Shown here: piece by piece, positions 20,205-30,315 of the stretch | Layout: every line of letters begins with the position of its first letter | Numbering within the stretch: the first letter of the stretch is position 1 | Assembly: GCA_963831715.1 (NCBI GenBank) | Contig: CAWHRB010000001.1 | Span: forward strand, 640,306-704,305 | DNA from: an uncultured Chloroflexia bacterium | GTDB taxonomy: Bacteria; Chloroflexota; Limnocylindria; Limnocylindrales; CSP1-4 | Reading direction: 5' to 3' | Length of the DNA: 64,000 nt | Notes under the pieces: generated by a model | Seen by the model: only the letters and a program-made list of their open reading frames with translations | What the model was told of the DNA's origin: nothing | Database searches by the model: none | Made by a program: the position numbers and the translations under genes

Positions 20205-21617
20205 ATGAGCGACCACCACGGTGAGGGCGGGCACGCGACCAAGCATCCTCGCCTTGCCGAGCTCGAGACGATGGTCCGCGACGGGCGGATCGACACGATC
20301 GTGGTCGCGTTCACCGACATGCAGGGCCGGCTCATGGGCAAGCGCGTCCATGGCCAGGCCTTCCTCGATGGGGTCATCTCGCACGGCGCCCACTTCTGCA
20401 CGTATCTCCTGGGCACCGACATGGAGATGAATACCCCCGAAGGCTTCCGGCTGATGAACTGGGAGACCGGTTATGGCGACTGGATCGCCGAGCCGATCTG
20501 GGACCAGCTCCGGCTGCCGCCATGGTTGCCGGGCACAGCGATGGTCCTGGCCGACACGATCGACGAGGAGACCGGCCAGGAGATCCCGGTTTCGCCGCGG
20601 ACGATCCTGAAGCGACAGGTCGCCCAGGCGACCGATGCCGGCTTCGACATCAGGGCGGGCTCGGAGTTCGAGTTCTACGTCCTGAAGGACTCCTGGGAGT
20701 CACTCGCCGAGCAGGGCTGGCCGACACCGAAGCCCTTCGGCTACTACAACGAGGATTACCACCTTCTGCAGGCCACCAAGGCCGAGCCGTTGCATCACCT
20801 GTTGCGCACCCAGATGAGCGCGGCCAACGTGCCGATCGAGTTCAGCAAGGGCGAGGCCGCCAACGGCCAGCACGAGGTCAACATCCGCTACGACCATGTC
20901 CTCGAGTCGGCCGACCGGAGCGTGGTGTTCAAGCACGGCGCCAAGGAGATCGCCTACCTCAACGGCTGGGGGATCACGTTCATGGCCAAGCCCGACCACC
21001 GCTGGACGGGCTCATCGGGGCACCTCCACATGAGCGTCTGGGACCTGGCCAAGGACGTACCGCTGATGCATGCGACGGGCCGCGAGAAGGGTGGAGCGTA
21101 CGGCCTCTCGAAGGTCGGCCAGCAGTTCATGGCCGGGATGATGACGCTGTCCCGGGAGCTGGCGGTGTTCGTCGCGCCGTTCATCAACTCGTACAAGCGC
21201 TACGCGTCGCTGTCGTGGGCACCGGTCAACGTCGTTTGGGGGCGCGACAACCGGACGACGGGCTTCCGATTGGTGGGCCACGGCCCGTCGCTACACGTCG
21301 AGAACCGATTCCCCGGCGGCGACATGAACGCGTACCTGACCTACGCCGCGATGGTCGGCGCCGGGTTGTACGGCATTCGCCACGGGCTCAAGCTGGAGGA
21401 CGAATTCAAGGGCAACGGCTACCTCGCGACCGGACACCCGCGCATGCCGCGCGCCCTGTACGAGGCGATCTGGGAGCTGGAGCGGTCGGATGCGGCGGTC
21501 GAGATCTTCGGCCAGGACGTCGTCGACCACTACCTCAACGCGGCCCGGGTAGAGCAGGACACATACGACTCGATCGTCCACCCGTGGGACCGCGAGCGCT
21601 ATCTCGAACGCGGCTGA
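20205..21617 (+). CDS. Glutamine synthetase family (type III, GlnA2/3/4- or PuuA-like gamma-glutamyl-amine ligase)
   Basis: GS catalytic domain motifs (…GSEFEFYV…, NGQHEVNIRYD, SSGHLHMSVW); RBS GGGAG before ATG 20205. Confidence 0.8.
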   Translation: MSDHHGEGGHATKHPRLAELETMVRDGRIDTIVVAFTDMQGRLMGKRVHGQAFLDGVISHGAHFCTYLLGTDMEMNTPEGFRLMNWETGYGDWIAEPIWDQLRLPPWLPGTAMVLADTIDEETGQEIPVSPRTILKRQVAQATDAGFDIRAGSEFEFYVLKDSWESLAEQGWPTPKPFGYYNEDYHLLQATKAEPLHHLLRTQMSAANVPIEFSKGEAANGQHEVNIRYDHVLESADRSVVFKHGAKEIAYLNGWGITFMAKPDHRWTGSSGHLHMSVWDLAKDVPLMHATGREKGGAYGLSKVGQQFMAGMMTLSRELAVFVAPFINSYKRYASLSWAPVNVVWGRDNRTTGFRLVGHGPSLHVENRFPGGDMNAYLTYAAMVGAGLYGIRHGLKLEDEFKGNGYLATGHPRMPRALYEAIWELERSDAAVEIFGQDVVDHYLNAARVEQDTYDSIVHPWDRERYLERG

Positions 21618-21698
21618 CCAAGGCGGGTCCGCCGGCTCCCCCTCTCGCTCTTCCCCCTGACACGCCTCATCTTCGAGGCCGCGAACGCTCACGGCGAG

Positions 21699-21714
21699 TA
21701 GGACGAACGTCCTA
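21699..21714. terminator. Hairpin TAGGACG-AA-CGTCCTA between convergent GS-like and ankyrin genes
   Basis: Perfect 7-bp inverted repeat at gene ends. Confidence 0.3.
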
Positions 21715-22407
21715 TCCGTCGCCCGCCGAAGGTCCTGGTCGCCGTTCGGCGGCGACCGCGCGCAGCCGCCTGGCCACGTCGGGGTGGCCGGCCCCCTCGG
21801 CCAGGTCGGCGGGCGTGGCACCGTCGGGGACGGTGACCGCCGGATCGGCGCCGGCCGAGAGGAACAGTTCGACCATCTCGACGTCGCCGTGCTGCGCCGC
21901 TTCATGGAGCGGCGTGTAACCGCCGTGCTGGGTGGCATCGACGTTCGCCCCCGCTGCGAGCAGGACTCGACATACCTCGAGGTGCCGGCCCGCGGCCGCC
22001 GAGTGGAGCGGCTGGTTCGCGAAGGCATTGGTCGTATACGTGTCGACCGAAGCGCCGGCGTCGATCAGCATCTTGGCCACTTCGGGCTTGCCGAAGAAGG
22101 CCGCCAGATGGAGCGCGGTGAAGCCATCCGGAGACAGCCGCGTGACGGCCCCCGGGTCGTCGAGGATGCTCGTGCGAACGCGGTCGATCCGACCGAGCGC
22201 GGCGGCCTCGAAGATGTCGAGATCGGGATCCGTGGCCAGGAGGGCATCCATGGTCGCCCGGTCGAAGCGATAGCGGGCCAGCAGCACAGCCGAGACACCG
22301 TCGTCCCCGCGGGCCATCGCCAGGGACGGGTCCTCGGCGAGCAGCGCGCGGACGCGCTCCGTGTCGCCCTCGGTCACGGCCGCGATCATGTCCGCCGGGG
22401 TGGCCAT
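21712..22407 (-). CDS. Ankyrin-repeat protein
   Basis: Multiple ANK repeats (…DGFTALHLAAFFGKPEVAKMLIDAGASVD…GYTPLHEAAQHGDVEMVELFLSAGAD…). Confidence 0.8.
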   Translation of the reverse strand: MATPADMIAAVTEGDTERVRALLAEDPSLAMARGDDGVSAVLLARYRFDRATMDALLATDPDLDIFEAAALGRIDRVRTSILDDPGAVTRLSPDGFTALHLAAFFGKPEVAKMLIDAGASVDTYTTNAFANQPLHSAAAGRHLEVCRVLLAAGANVDATQHGGYTPLHEAAQHGDVEMVELFLSAGADPAVTVPDGATPADLAEGAGHPDVARRLRAVAAERRPGPSAGDG

Positions 22408-22474
22408 GCACGGAGCCTACCGCAGCGGCCACGGGCCGCGGGTACGATGGCGAACGAGAGGGAGGGTCAGCCAG

Positions 22475-23242
22475 ATGCGACTCGCGGACAAGGTCACGAT
22501 CATCACCGGCGGGGGCGGCGGCATGGGTCGCGTCGCGGCGCGGATGTTCGCGGAGCAGGGGGCGCGGGTGGTCGTCGCGGAGTATGGCGAGGATGCCGGG
22601 CGCGAGACCGTCGATCAGATCACGAGCGCGGGTGGCCAGGCGACCTTCGTTCGAGCCGACGTGTCGAAGGAGTCCGACGCAAAGGCGATGATCGACCACG
22701 CGGTGTCTACCTACGGACGGCTCGATGTCCTCTACAACAACGCCGGCGTCATGCCCGAGGCGGACCACTCGGTGACCGATACGTCGGTCGACGTCTGGGA
22801 CCAGGTCATGGCCGTCAACGTGCGCGGCGTGTTCCTCGGCTGCAAGTACGCCGTCCCCGCCATGGAGGCGGTCGGTGGCGGATCGATCATCAACATCGCC
22901 AGCTTCGTCGCGCTGGTCGGCTGCTCGGTCCCGCAGGACGCGTACACCGCTTCGAAGGGCGCCGTCCTGAGCTTGACCCGCAGCCTGGCCGTCCAGTTCG
23001 GCCCGAAGGGCATCCGGACGAACGCGATCTGTCCGGGACCGGTCGAGACGCCGCTGCTGATGGACTGGCTGGTCAAGGACGAGGAGGCCAAGCGCATCCG
23101 CCTGGCCCGCAACCCGACGGGTCGCTTCGGCAAGCCCGAGGAGATCGTCAACATGGCCGTCTACCTCGCCTCGGATGAGTCGCGCTGGACCAATGGCGCG
23201 TCGCTCGTCGTGGACGGGGGGATCACGGTCAACTACTTCTGA
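22475..23242 (+). CDS. SDR family oxidoreductase
   Basis: TGGGGGMG cofactor motif, catalytic YTASK; RBS GAGGGAGGG. Confidence 0.85.
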   Translation: MRLADKVTIITGGGGGMGRVAARMFAEQGARVVVAEYGEDAGRETVDQITSAGGQATFVRADVSKESDAKAMIDHAVSTYGRLDVLYNNAGVMPEADHSVTDTSVDVWDQVMAVNVRGVFLGCKYAVPAMEAVGGGSIINIASFVALVGCSVPQDAYTASKGAVLSLTRSLAVQFGPKGIRTNAICPGPVETPLLMDWLVKDEEAKRIRLARNPTGRFGKPEEIVNMAVYLASDESRWTNGASLVVDGGITVNYF

Positions 23243-23251
23243 GGGACGGGC

Positions 23252-24104
23252 GATGACCGACGAAGCGACCCCATCACAGTCCGAGCCCGGCATGCTGGCG
23301 ATCGGCGTCGATGTCGGCGGGAGCGGCATCAAGGCCGCCGTGGTCGACACCGGGACGGGCGAGCTGCGCTCCGAGCGACTGCGGGTCCCGACCCCGATCC
23401 CGTCGACACCTGACAAGGTCGCCGCATCGATCGGCCGACTTGTCCGTCGTCTGGCCAAGAGCGCCGATCTGCCGGAGGATGCGCCGGTCGGCGTCGGGCT
23501 GCCGGGAGTCGCCATCCATGGTCGCCTCAAGACCGCCGCCAACATCGACCCCGCGTGGGTCGACTACCCGATCGCCGAGAAGCTGTCGAGATCGCTCAAG
23601 CGGCGGGTCGAGATCATCAACGATGCCGACGCCGCAGGCATCGCCGAGATGCGTCACGGCGTGGGCGCGGGCAAGCCCGGCACGGTCATCTTCCTGACCC
23701 TGGGAACAGGCGTCGGGTCGGGCGTCTTCGTCGACGGGACTCTCGTACCCAACACCGAGTTCGGCCAGATGGAGATCCGCGGCCGGCCGGCTGAGCGTCG
23801 CTCGGCCTCCGCCGCGCGCCAACGGCGCGGCCTGTCGTGGAAAGCGTGGACCCAGGACCTCGACGAGCACCTGCAGCGGATCGAGGACCTGATGTGGCCC
23901 AACCTGTTCATCCTCGGTGGCGGCGTCAGCAAGAACGCCGACAAGTTCGTGCCCAAACTCACGCTTCGCACCCCGGTCGTGCCGGCGCAGCTCCGCAACG
24001 ATGCCGGGATCGTCGGGTCGGCGATCGTGGCGGTCGAGGGGCTGTCGGATGCGAAGTCGACCTGGGATGACCTGGCGGCGGACACGGGCCCGACTTCGGC
24101 GTAG
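23252..24104 (+). CDS. ROK family sugar kinase (polyphosphate glucokinase-like)
   Basis: IGVDVGGSGIKAAVVD N-terminus, ROK signature region. Confidence 0.7.
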
Positions 24105-24169
24105 CGAGGTCTGGGCGTATCATCGGGACCCATCCCCGCCCTTCCGGCAGCGCATCCTGAGGTCCACCG

Positions 24170-25660
24170 ATGACGACCGAATCCACGGCTCCGGCCGCAC
24201 GTACCGAGGCGCCCAGCGCGACGCGGATGATGATCGGCGGCGAGTCGGTCGAGGCGGCCGACGGCCAGACGTTCGACCTCGTCGACCCCGCTACGGGCAG
24301 GACGATCGCCACTGCCCCGCTCGGCGGGCGCGCCGACGTCGATCGCGCGGTGGAGGCCGCGCAGGCCGCCTTCGATGAGCGCAAGGGCTGGGCGAACTGG
24401 GCCGCGGGCAAGCGCGGCCGGTCCCTCGGCAAACTCGCCGACCTGCTCAAGAAGAACAGCGACGAGTTGGCCTGGCTCGAGACCCGCAATGGTGGCAAGC
24501 CGATCACCTCCGCGCGGGGCGAGATCATCGGTGCGAGCCTGGTGTTCGACTACTACGCGGGCGCGGCCAACAAGGTCTACGGCCAGACGATCCCGGTCTC
24601 GAAGCCGGGCATCGACTTGACCCTGCGCGAGCCGATCGGGGTCGTCGGCCTGATCGTGCCGTGGAACTTCCCGCTGTTGATGGCCGCCTGGAAGGTCGCA
24701 CCGGCGCTGGCGGCCGGGAACACCGCGATCCTCAAGCCCGCGTCGTACACCCCACTGACGGCGATCCGCCTCGGCGAACTGGCACTCGAGGCCGGCATCC
24801 CGGCCGGCGTCCTCAATGTGGTGACGGGGCCCGGCGGCACGGTGGGCGCGTCGATCGCCGCCCATCCGGGCATCGGCAAGGTGGCGTTCACCGGCGAGAC
24901 GACGACGGGCCAGGAGATCATGCGGCTCGCGTCGGGCAACGTGAAGAAGATCTCACTCGAGCTTGGCGGCAAGAGCCCCAACATCGTCTTCGCCGACGCG
25001 GACCTGGAGCGGTTCGCCAAGGAATCGCCTTACAGCGTCTTCGACAACTGCGGGCAGGATTGCTGCGCCCGCAGCCGGATCCTGGTCGAGCGGTCGGTCC
25101 ATGAGCAGATCGTCGAACTGTTCGCCGACGCCACCCGCAACGTGAAGGTCGGCGACCCGGCCGACGAGGCGACCGAGGTCGGACCGCTCGTCAGCGCCAA
25201 GCAGCGCGACCGCGTGAAGGACTACATCGAGATCGGGTTGGGCGAGGGTGCGACGCTCGTCGTCGGCGGCGCGGCGCCCGACGATCCGACCCTGGCCGAT
25301 GGGGCGTATCTCCTACCGACGGTGTTCGACGGCGTGAGCAACGACATGCGCATCGCCCGCGAGGAGATCTTCGGCCCGGTCGTGTCGGTCATCCCGTTCG
25401 ACACCGAGGCTGAGGCGCTCAGCCTGGCCAACGCGACGCCGTACGGCCTGTCCGGATCCATCTGGAGCCGCGACATCGGCAAGGCGATGCGAGCGGCGAA
25501 GGCACTCCAGTCGGGGGTCATCAGCATCAACTCGAACAGCTCGGTCCACACGGAGGCCCCGTTCGGCGGCTACAAGATGTCGGGCATCGGCCGCGAACTG
25601 GGGATGGCCGCGATGGACCTTTACACGGAGACGAAGAACGTCTTCATCGACATCAGCTGA
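24170..25660 (+). CDS. NAD(P)-dependent aldehyde dehydrogenase
   Basis: ALDH motifs (ELGGKSP, FDNCGQDCCARSR, catalytic Cys, EEIFGPV). Confidence 0.9.
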   Translation: MTTESTAPAARTEAPSATRMMIGGESVEAADGQTFDLVDPATGRTIATAPLGGRADVDRAVEAAQAAFDERKGWANWAAGKRGRSLGKLADLLKKNSDELAWLETRNGGKPITSARGEIIGASLVFDYYAGAANKVYGQTIPVSKPGIDLTLREPIGVVGLIVPWNFPLLMAAWKVAPALAAGNTAILKPASYTPLTAIRLGELALEAGIPAGVLNVVTGPGGTVGASIAAHPGIGKVAFTGETTTGQEIMRLASGNVKKISLELGGKSPNIVFADADLERFAKESPYSVFDNCGQDCCARSRILVERSVHEQIVELFADATRNVKVGDPADEATEVGPLVSAKQRDRVKDYIEIGLGEGATLVVGGAAPDDPTLADGAYLLPTVFDGVSNDMRIAREEIFGPVVSVIPFDTEAEALSLANATPYGLSGSIWSRDIGKAMRAAKALQSGVISINSNSSVHTEAPFGGYKMSGIGRELGMAAMDLYTETKNVFIDIS

Positions 25661-25740
25661 GACGTCGCTTCCATGGGCGGCTCGACCCGTCGGGGAGGGG
25701 TCGGCGCGGGCGCGGCGCGATCGCCCTGGTCGGGTGGGTC

Positions 25741-26271
25741 GTGGGTCTTGGTGCGGTGATCGCGCTCGCCACGCAGGGCGCTGCCGCTCCTGAGCGGGCT
25801 GGTCCGTCCGATGCCGCGGTCGTCACGTCGCCGTCGAGCGCTCCGGCCAGGCCGCGTCAGGTCGCGCTCGATCAGCCGGCGAGGCGTGGCGATGTCGTGA
25901 CGACCCGCGACCTGATCGTGCGTGGCCGGGTCGCCAGAACTGCCGGCGAGGTCCGGATCATGCTCGAATCGAGGGGTGGCAAGCCGGTCGCGACCGCCGC
26001 CATCGATCCCACCGGCGGCGGACACGGCGGCTGGATCCCGTTCGAGAGCCGGTTCCGGCTGGAGATGCCCCGACCAGCCGGTGACATGACCCTGTTCGTC
26101 ATCGCTGTCGATCGCGACGGCATCCCGATCGACGCGCTCCGCCGGCGGTTCACGATCGGGGAGTTCATCGACATCACCGCCGTGCCTGACGGCAGGCGCT
26201 CACGCTCCAGCGGCGAGGACGGGCTGATGGGCGGGATCCCGTTCGGGACGAACGTGCCGCCGCCGACCTGA
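25741..26271 (+). CDS. Hypothetical secreted protein
   Basis: Hydrophobic N-terminus then Ala/Pro-rich region; no family recognised. Confidence 0.35.
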   Translation: MGLGAVIALATQGAAAPERAGPSDAAVVTSPSSAPARPRQVALDQPARRGDVVTTRDLIVRGRVARTAGEVRIMLESRGGKPVATAAIDPTGGGHGGWIPFESRFRLEMPRPAGDMTLFVIAVDRDGIPIDALRRRFTIGEFIDITAVPDGRRSRSSGEDGLMGGIPFGTNVPPPT

Positions 26272-26274
26272 CCG

Positions 26275-26878
26275 TCAGGACCCGAGGTCGCCCTCGGGCC
26301 AGGTGAGATCGGGCCGCCGTCGCTCGATCCAGTCGCGCAGCATCCACATGGTCGTCCGGAACGCCAGCCCGGACCAGGGGATGTCCTCGGGCGCGAACGT
26401 GGCGATCTCGAGCGCCTCGGGCGTCGGCATCGCGGTCCCGCCGACCACCCTCGACTCGAACGCGATCGTCACCACGGCCGCCTCGAGGCGCGTGTAGAGG
26501 CCGATGATCTCGCCCGGTTCGATGATCAGCCCGGTCTCCTCGAGCGTCTCGCGGATGGCGGCCTGGTGGACGGTCTCGTCGACCTCGAGGAAGCCGCCTG
26601 GCTGGGCCCATGCCCCGCGACCCGGTTCGATGCCACGCCGGAGGAGGACCAGCTCGCCGTCCGCGGTGACCGGCAACGTGGTCACCACCAGCCGCGGGTT
26701 CACGTAGGCGATGTGGCCGCACGACGGGCACGACAGGCGGTCGCGATCCTCGCCATCGATCGAGCCGAAACGAAGGGCGGAGCCGCAGCTCGAGCAGAAG
26801 TTCAGCGTCCGCGCTATCCAGTCCGGGACGCCCCGACCCGGAGCGAGATCGGTCGAGCGCCCGTCGGGCCCGAGATCG
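26275..26878 (-). CDS. NUDIX hydrolase with N-terminal zinc ribbon
   Basis: CSSCG…CPSCG ribbon and Nudix box GGFLEVDETVHQAAIRETLEETGL; start estimated (GTG ~26878). Confidence 0.7.
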
Positions 26879-26891
26879 AACGCGTCCACGT

Positions 26892-27317
26892 CTAGGCGAG
26901 CAGCACGACGACCGCGGCGCCGATCAGGACCATCAGCCCGATCAGGCTGACCGCGACCCACGCCAGCCGGAACCAGCCCTTGCCCCGGTCCACCGGCATC
27001 CATGCCCAGGCGGAGCGCCAGATGCGGACGATCGCGTCGGCCGTGGTGATCACGAGGAGCGGGGCGGCGATGAGGACGCACAGCTTGACCAACGGGTCGC
27101 CGAGACTCGCGCCGAGATTCAGCGCCGTGATCGCGATGGCGCCGCAGATGAGGACCGGCACGGACAGGTTGATGTAGTGCTTTTGCAGCGGCGTCGGGGC
27201 GACTTCCGGGACCGACCGGGGAGGCAGACCCTGGAGGCTCGGAGGCAGGGTCGGCGGCTGGACCGGCTGGCGATCGAGCACCGGCATGCCCGGCTCCCAG
27301 CGATCGTCGTCCATCAC
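26892..27317 (-). CDS. Small membrane protein with Pro-rich N-terminus
   Basis: Three hydrophobic helices; no family. Confidence 0.4.
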   Translation of the reverse strand: MMDDDRWEPGMPVLDRQPVQPPTLPPSLQGLPPRSVPEVAPTPLQKHYINLSVPVLICGAIAITALNLGASLGDPLVKLCVLIAAPLLVITTADAIVRIWRSAWAWMPVDRGKGWFRLAWVAVSLIGLMVLIGAAVVVLLA

Positions 27318-27347
27318 AGCCCGAGTGTAGTCGGGGTCGCGCGTCGC

Positions 27348-27785
27348 CTAGAGGATCCGCTCGTCGTGGGCATCCGATGCGTCGACGATGGTCGTGCAGG
27401 TCGGACAGAAGTAGCGGGCCTCGAGTGGCGTGCCGCACACGCCATGCCGCAGCGGCTCGACGTCATTCGAGCGGCGGGCGCCCCAGTCCGCGAGCAGGCG
27501 CAGCGCCGATGCCAGCGCCCGACCGTCGGCGGTGAGCTCGTAGGCGTACCGCGTCGGGCGCTCCTGGTACGGGCTGGATCGCAGGATGCCGGCCCGCTCG
27601 AGCCGGCGCAGGCGGTCGGTGAGGATGTTCGGGGCGATACCCGGCAAGGCCTCGCCGAGATCGCCGAAGCGGCGCGACCCATCCAGCAGCGCTTCGACAA
27701 GCAGCAGGCTCCATCGGTCGCCGACCCGGTCGAGGGCCGCCTCGAGCGGGAGTGGGCGCCGATCGGTGGACGTGACGTCGGTCAT
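27348..27785 (-). CDS. HxlR family transcriptional regulator
   Basis: HxlR-type wHTH (…RRFGDLGEALPGIAPNILTDRLRRLERAGIL…). Confidence 0.8.
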   Translation of the reverse strand: MTDVTSTDRRPLPLEAALDRVGDRWSLLLVEALLDGSRRFGDLGEALPGIAPNILTDRLRRLERAGILRSSPYQERPTRYAYELTADGRALASALRLLADWGARRSNDVEPLRHGVCGTPLEARYFCPTCTTIVDASDAHDERIL

Positions 27786-27834
27786 GGTCGGTCGATGGTA
27801 GCCGGTGCGAGGACTTGTCAGGCTCGCGTGTCGG

Positions 27835-27860
27835 TAGTAACTTGCAAGTCACTAGTAACT
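27835..27860. promoter_or_regulatory. Candidate operator: TAGTAACT direct repeats flanking palindrome ACTTGCAAGT in divergent HxlR/HtrA promoter
   Basis: Locally AT-richer motif seen in sequence between 27785 and 27902. Confidence 0.4.
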
Positions 27861-27901
27861 CGCCCATGCCGCATATCCCGCCCGCCGAAGGAGCACAACA
27901 C

Positions 27902-28807
27902 ATGAGCAGCATCGAAGAGCTCGGTTCGTCCATCGCAGCCGTCGCTGAGCGCGTCGGCACGTCGATCGTCGGCGTCGGTCGAGACGGCCGCGGATCCGGC
28001 GTTGTCGTCGCCGACGGCCAGGTCCTGACCAATGCCCACAACCTCCGGGGCCGCGAAGTCACCGTCACGTTCGGCGATGGGCGCTCGACCCGCGGTGAAG
28101 TTCGCGGCGTCGACCCGGATGGCGATCTTGCTGTCGTCTCCGTCGATACGGCGGGATCCACACCCATCGCCTGGGGCTCCGGCGAGGGCGCGTCGATCGG
28201 CGATCCCGTGTTCGGCGCGGCCGCGACGTACGGAGGCGGCACACGCGTCACGGTCGGCTTCGTGTCGTCGGTCGCGCGATCGTTCCGCGGACCAGGTGGC
28301 CGGCGCATCTCCGGCAGCATCGAGCACACCGCTCCGCTGGCACCGGGCTCGTCCGGCGGGGCGCTGGTCGATGCCGAGGGTCGGCTGGTCGGTCTCAACA
28401 CGAACCGGATCGGCGAGGGCTTCTACCTGGCGTTGCCGGCCGAAGCGGGTCTGAAGGCCCGGATCGACGCCCTGGGCAAGGGTGAGTCCGTCGAACGGCC
28501 GCGACTCGGGGTCGCGATCGCGCCGAACCACGTCGCGCGCCGACTTCGCCGCTCGGTCGGGCTGCCGGAGCGTGACGGGATCCTGGTCCGGGGCGTCGAG
28601 GATGGCAGCGCCGCGGGCGCGGCCGGCGTCGAGGTCGGCGACCTGATCGTGACCGCTGGCGGCCGGCCGATCGCCGACGCTGACGATCTGCAGGACGCGC
28701 TGGCCAGCCTCGACCTCCCATACGACCTGGTCGTGGTGCGGGGCGCGGACGAGATGACCCTGAAGGTCACGGGTGCCAAGCAGGAGCGCACGCCGGGCGA
28801 CGCCTGA
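27902..28807 (+). CDS. Trypsin-like serine protease with PDZ domain (HtrA/DegP family)
   Basis: Catalytic triad context (TNAHN…, D…, APGSSGGALVD) plus C-terminal PDZ; RBS GAAGGAG. Confidence 0.8.
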   Translation: MSSIEELGSSIAAVAERVGTSIVGVGRDGRGSGVVVADGQVLTNAHNLRGREVTVTFGDGRSTRGEVRGVDPDGDLAVVSVDTAGSTPIAWGSGEGASIGDPVFGAAATYGGGTRVTVGFVSSVARSFRGPGGRRISGSIEHTAPLAPGSSGGALVDAEGRLVGLNTNRIGEGFYLALPAEAGLKARIDALGKGESVERPRLGVAIAPNHVARRLRRSVGLPERDGILVRGVEDGSAAGAAGVEVGDLIVTAGGRPIADADDLQDALASLDLPYDLVVVRGADEMTLKVTGAKQERTPGDA

Positions 28808-28927
28808 ACCGCCCCTCGAACCCCGCGCCCGCGCCGGGCGGCCATCACCGATAAGCCCCTGGCGCTTCGCGCATGTCGCGGACCCTCGCCGTTGGTTGCA
28901 CGGGATGCACGAACGGTCGACTGAGGG

Positions 28928-28948
28928 GGTGGGTTCCGGCCACCCACC
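28928..28948 (+). other. Stem-loop GGTGGGT-tccggcc-ACCCACC inside 320-nt non-coding intergenic region (possible terminator or sRNA element)
   Basis: Perfect 7-bp inverted repeat; region 28808-29129 lacks convincing ORF. Confidence 0.25.
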
Positions 28949-29129
28949 GACGGACGTTGCGCCGGACGCCACGAACGTCGAACGTGAGGAGCAGATCGGG
29001 CCGTCGTCGCACGATCGATCGATGTTTCGAGCGTCTGATGCAAAGGACCGCCGACCCCCGGGGCGCCCTCGCACCGCGACCCCGATCCGCGGCACTGAGC
29101 GCTCGCCCCTGAACCGCTAGCATCCGCGC

Positions 29130-29813
29130 GTGGACCGCATCCTCGCCTGGTACCGCCTGGGATCGTCGCTCGGAGCGGTCATCGCGCTCGTCGCCGCGAA
29201 CGTCATCCCGCTGCTCGGCGTGCTGTTCCTCGACTGGAGTGTCTGGAACATCCTGGTGATCTACTGGCTGGAGAACGGCATCGTCGGCTTCTTCAACGTC
29301 CTGAAGATGATGGCCGCGACCGGCGAGGACGCCGGGCCAGGGCCGGCGATCACCGTCAACGGTCAGCCGGCGACCTCGATGTCGAAGCCGGCGCTCGTCC
29401 CGTTCTTCGTCGTCCATTACGGGATCTTCTGGTTCGTGCACGGCATCTTCGTGCTCACGCTGCCGGTGTTCCTGATGTTCGGTTCGGGCACGACGAGCAT
29501 GGATCTCGACCCGGGGGCCGTCCTCGTCGCGGCGATCGCGCTCGCGATCAGTCACGGGCTCTCGTTCTTCTGGAACTTCCTGCATGGCGGCGAGTACCGG
29601 CGCGTCACGGCGGCCGGCCTGATGTTCTCCCCATATCGGCGCCTCATCGCCCTGCACCTGGCGATCATCTTCGGCGCCACGGCGGTGATGCTCACCGGGG
29701 CACCCACGGCCGTCGTCGCGATCCTGGTCGCGGTCAAGACGTTGCTCGACCTCGGCATGCACCTCGCCGAGCACCGCGGCGTCCGTCAGCCGAGCATCGC
29801 CCTCACGAACTGA
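29130..29813 (+). CDS. Polytopic membrane protein (DUF6498-like)
   Basis: 227 aa, 6 hydrophobic helices. Confidence 0.5.
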   Translation: MDRILAWYRLGSSLGAVIALVAANVIPLLGVLFLDWSVWNILVIYWLENGIVGFFNVLKMMAATGEDAGPGPAITVNGQPATSMSKPALVPFFVVHYGIFWFVHGIFVLTLPVFLMFGSGTTSMDLDPGAVLVAAIALAISHGLSFFWNFLHGGEYRRVTAAGLMFSPYRRLIALHLAIIFGATAVMLTGAPTAVVAILVAVKTLLDLGMHLAEHRGVRQPSIALTN

Positions 29814-30315
29814 ACGCGTCTGCCGCGTTCGACGGGTCGGCCATCACCGACTCGGTCTGGCGGGAGCGCCATTCGGCGAGGCGTGCCGCGAGTCCCTCGT
29901 CGGCGAGGGCCAGGATCGACGCGGCCAGCAGCCCTGCGTTGACCGCGTTCCCGATCCCCACGGTCGCCACCGGGATCCCCCGCGGCATCTGGACGATCGA
30001 CAGCAACGAGTCCAGGCCACCCAGGTGCTGGGTGGGGATCGGCACACCGATGACCGGCAGGGTCGCCTTGGCCGCGAGCATGCCCGGCAGGTGGGCCGCC
30101 CCACCGGCCCCCGCGATGATCACCCGGATCCCGCGACCAGCCGCCTCCTCGGCATAGCGGAAGAGGTGGTCCGGTGTCCGGTGCGCGGAGACGACCCGCA
30201 GCTCCGCCGGCACGCCCAGCTCGCGAAGCATCTCGACCGCCTCCTCGAGCACTGGAAAGTCCGATCGGCTGCCACCGACGACCCCGACCACGGGCCTCGG
30301 CGTATCGGCGCTCAT
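29803..30315 (-). CDS. purE: N5-carboxyaminoimidazole ribonucleotide mutase
   Basis: PurE sequence ([11 protein letters not shown]…AHRTPD…[11 protein letters not shown]…); ATGA overlap with upstream purK. Confidence 0.9.
   Translation of the reverse strand: MSADTPRPVVGVVGGSRSDFPVLEEAVEMLRELGVPAELRVVSAHRTPDHLFRYAEEAAGRGIRVIIAGAGGAAHLPGMLAAKATLPVIGVPIPTQHLGGLDSLLSIVQMPRGIPVATVGIGNAVNAGLLAASILALADEGLAARLAEWRSRQTESVMADPSNAADAFSS

Noticed and set aside
28880-28960. Possible tRNA or tmRNA-like structure in the 28.8-29.1 kb spacer.
   Set aside because: No T-arm (GGTTCGAATCC-type) and no acceptor or anticodon stem consistent with a tRNA. Only a simple hairpin is present.
28990-29002. Short (CGAT)3 tandem repeat and other short direct repeats considered as CRISPR or minisatellite.
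   Set aside because: There are too few units and no repeat-spacer periodicity. No cas genes are nearby.
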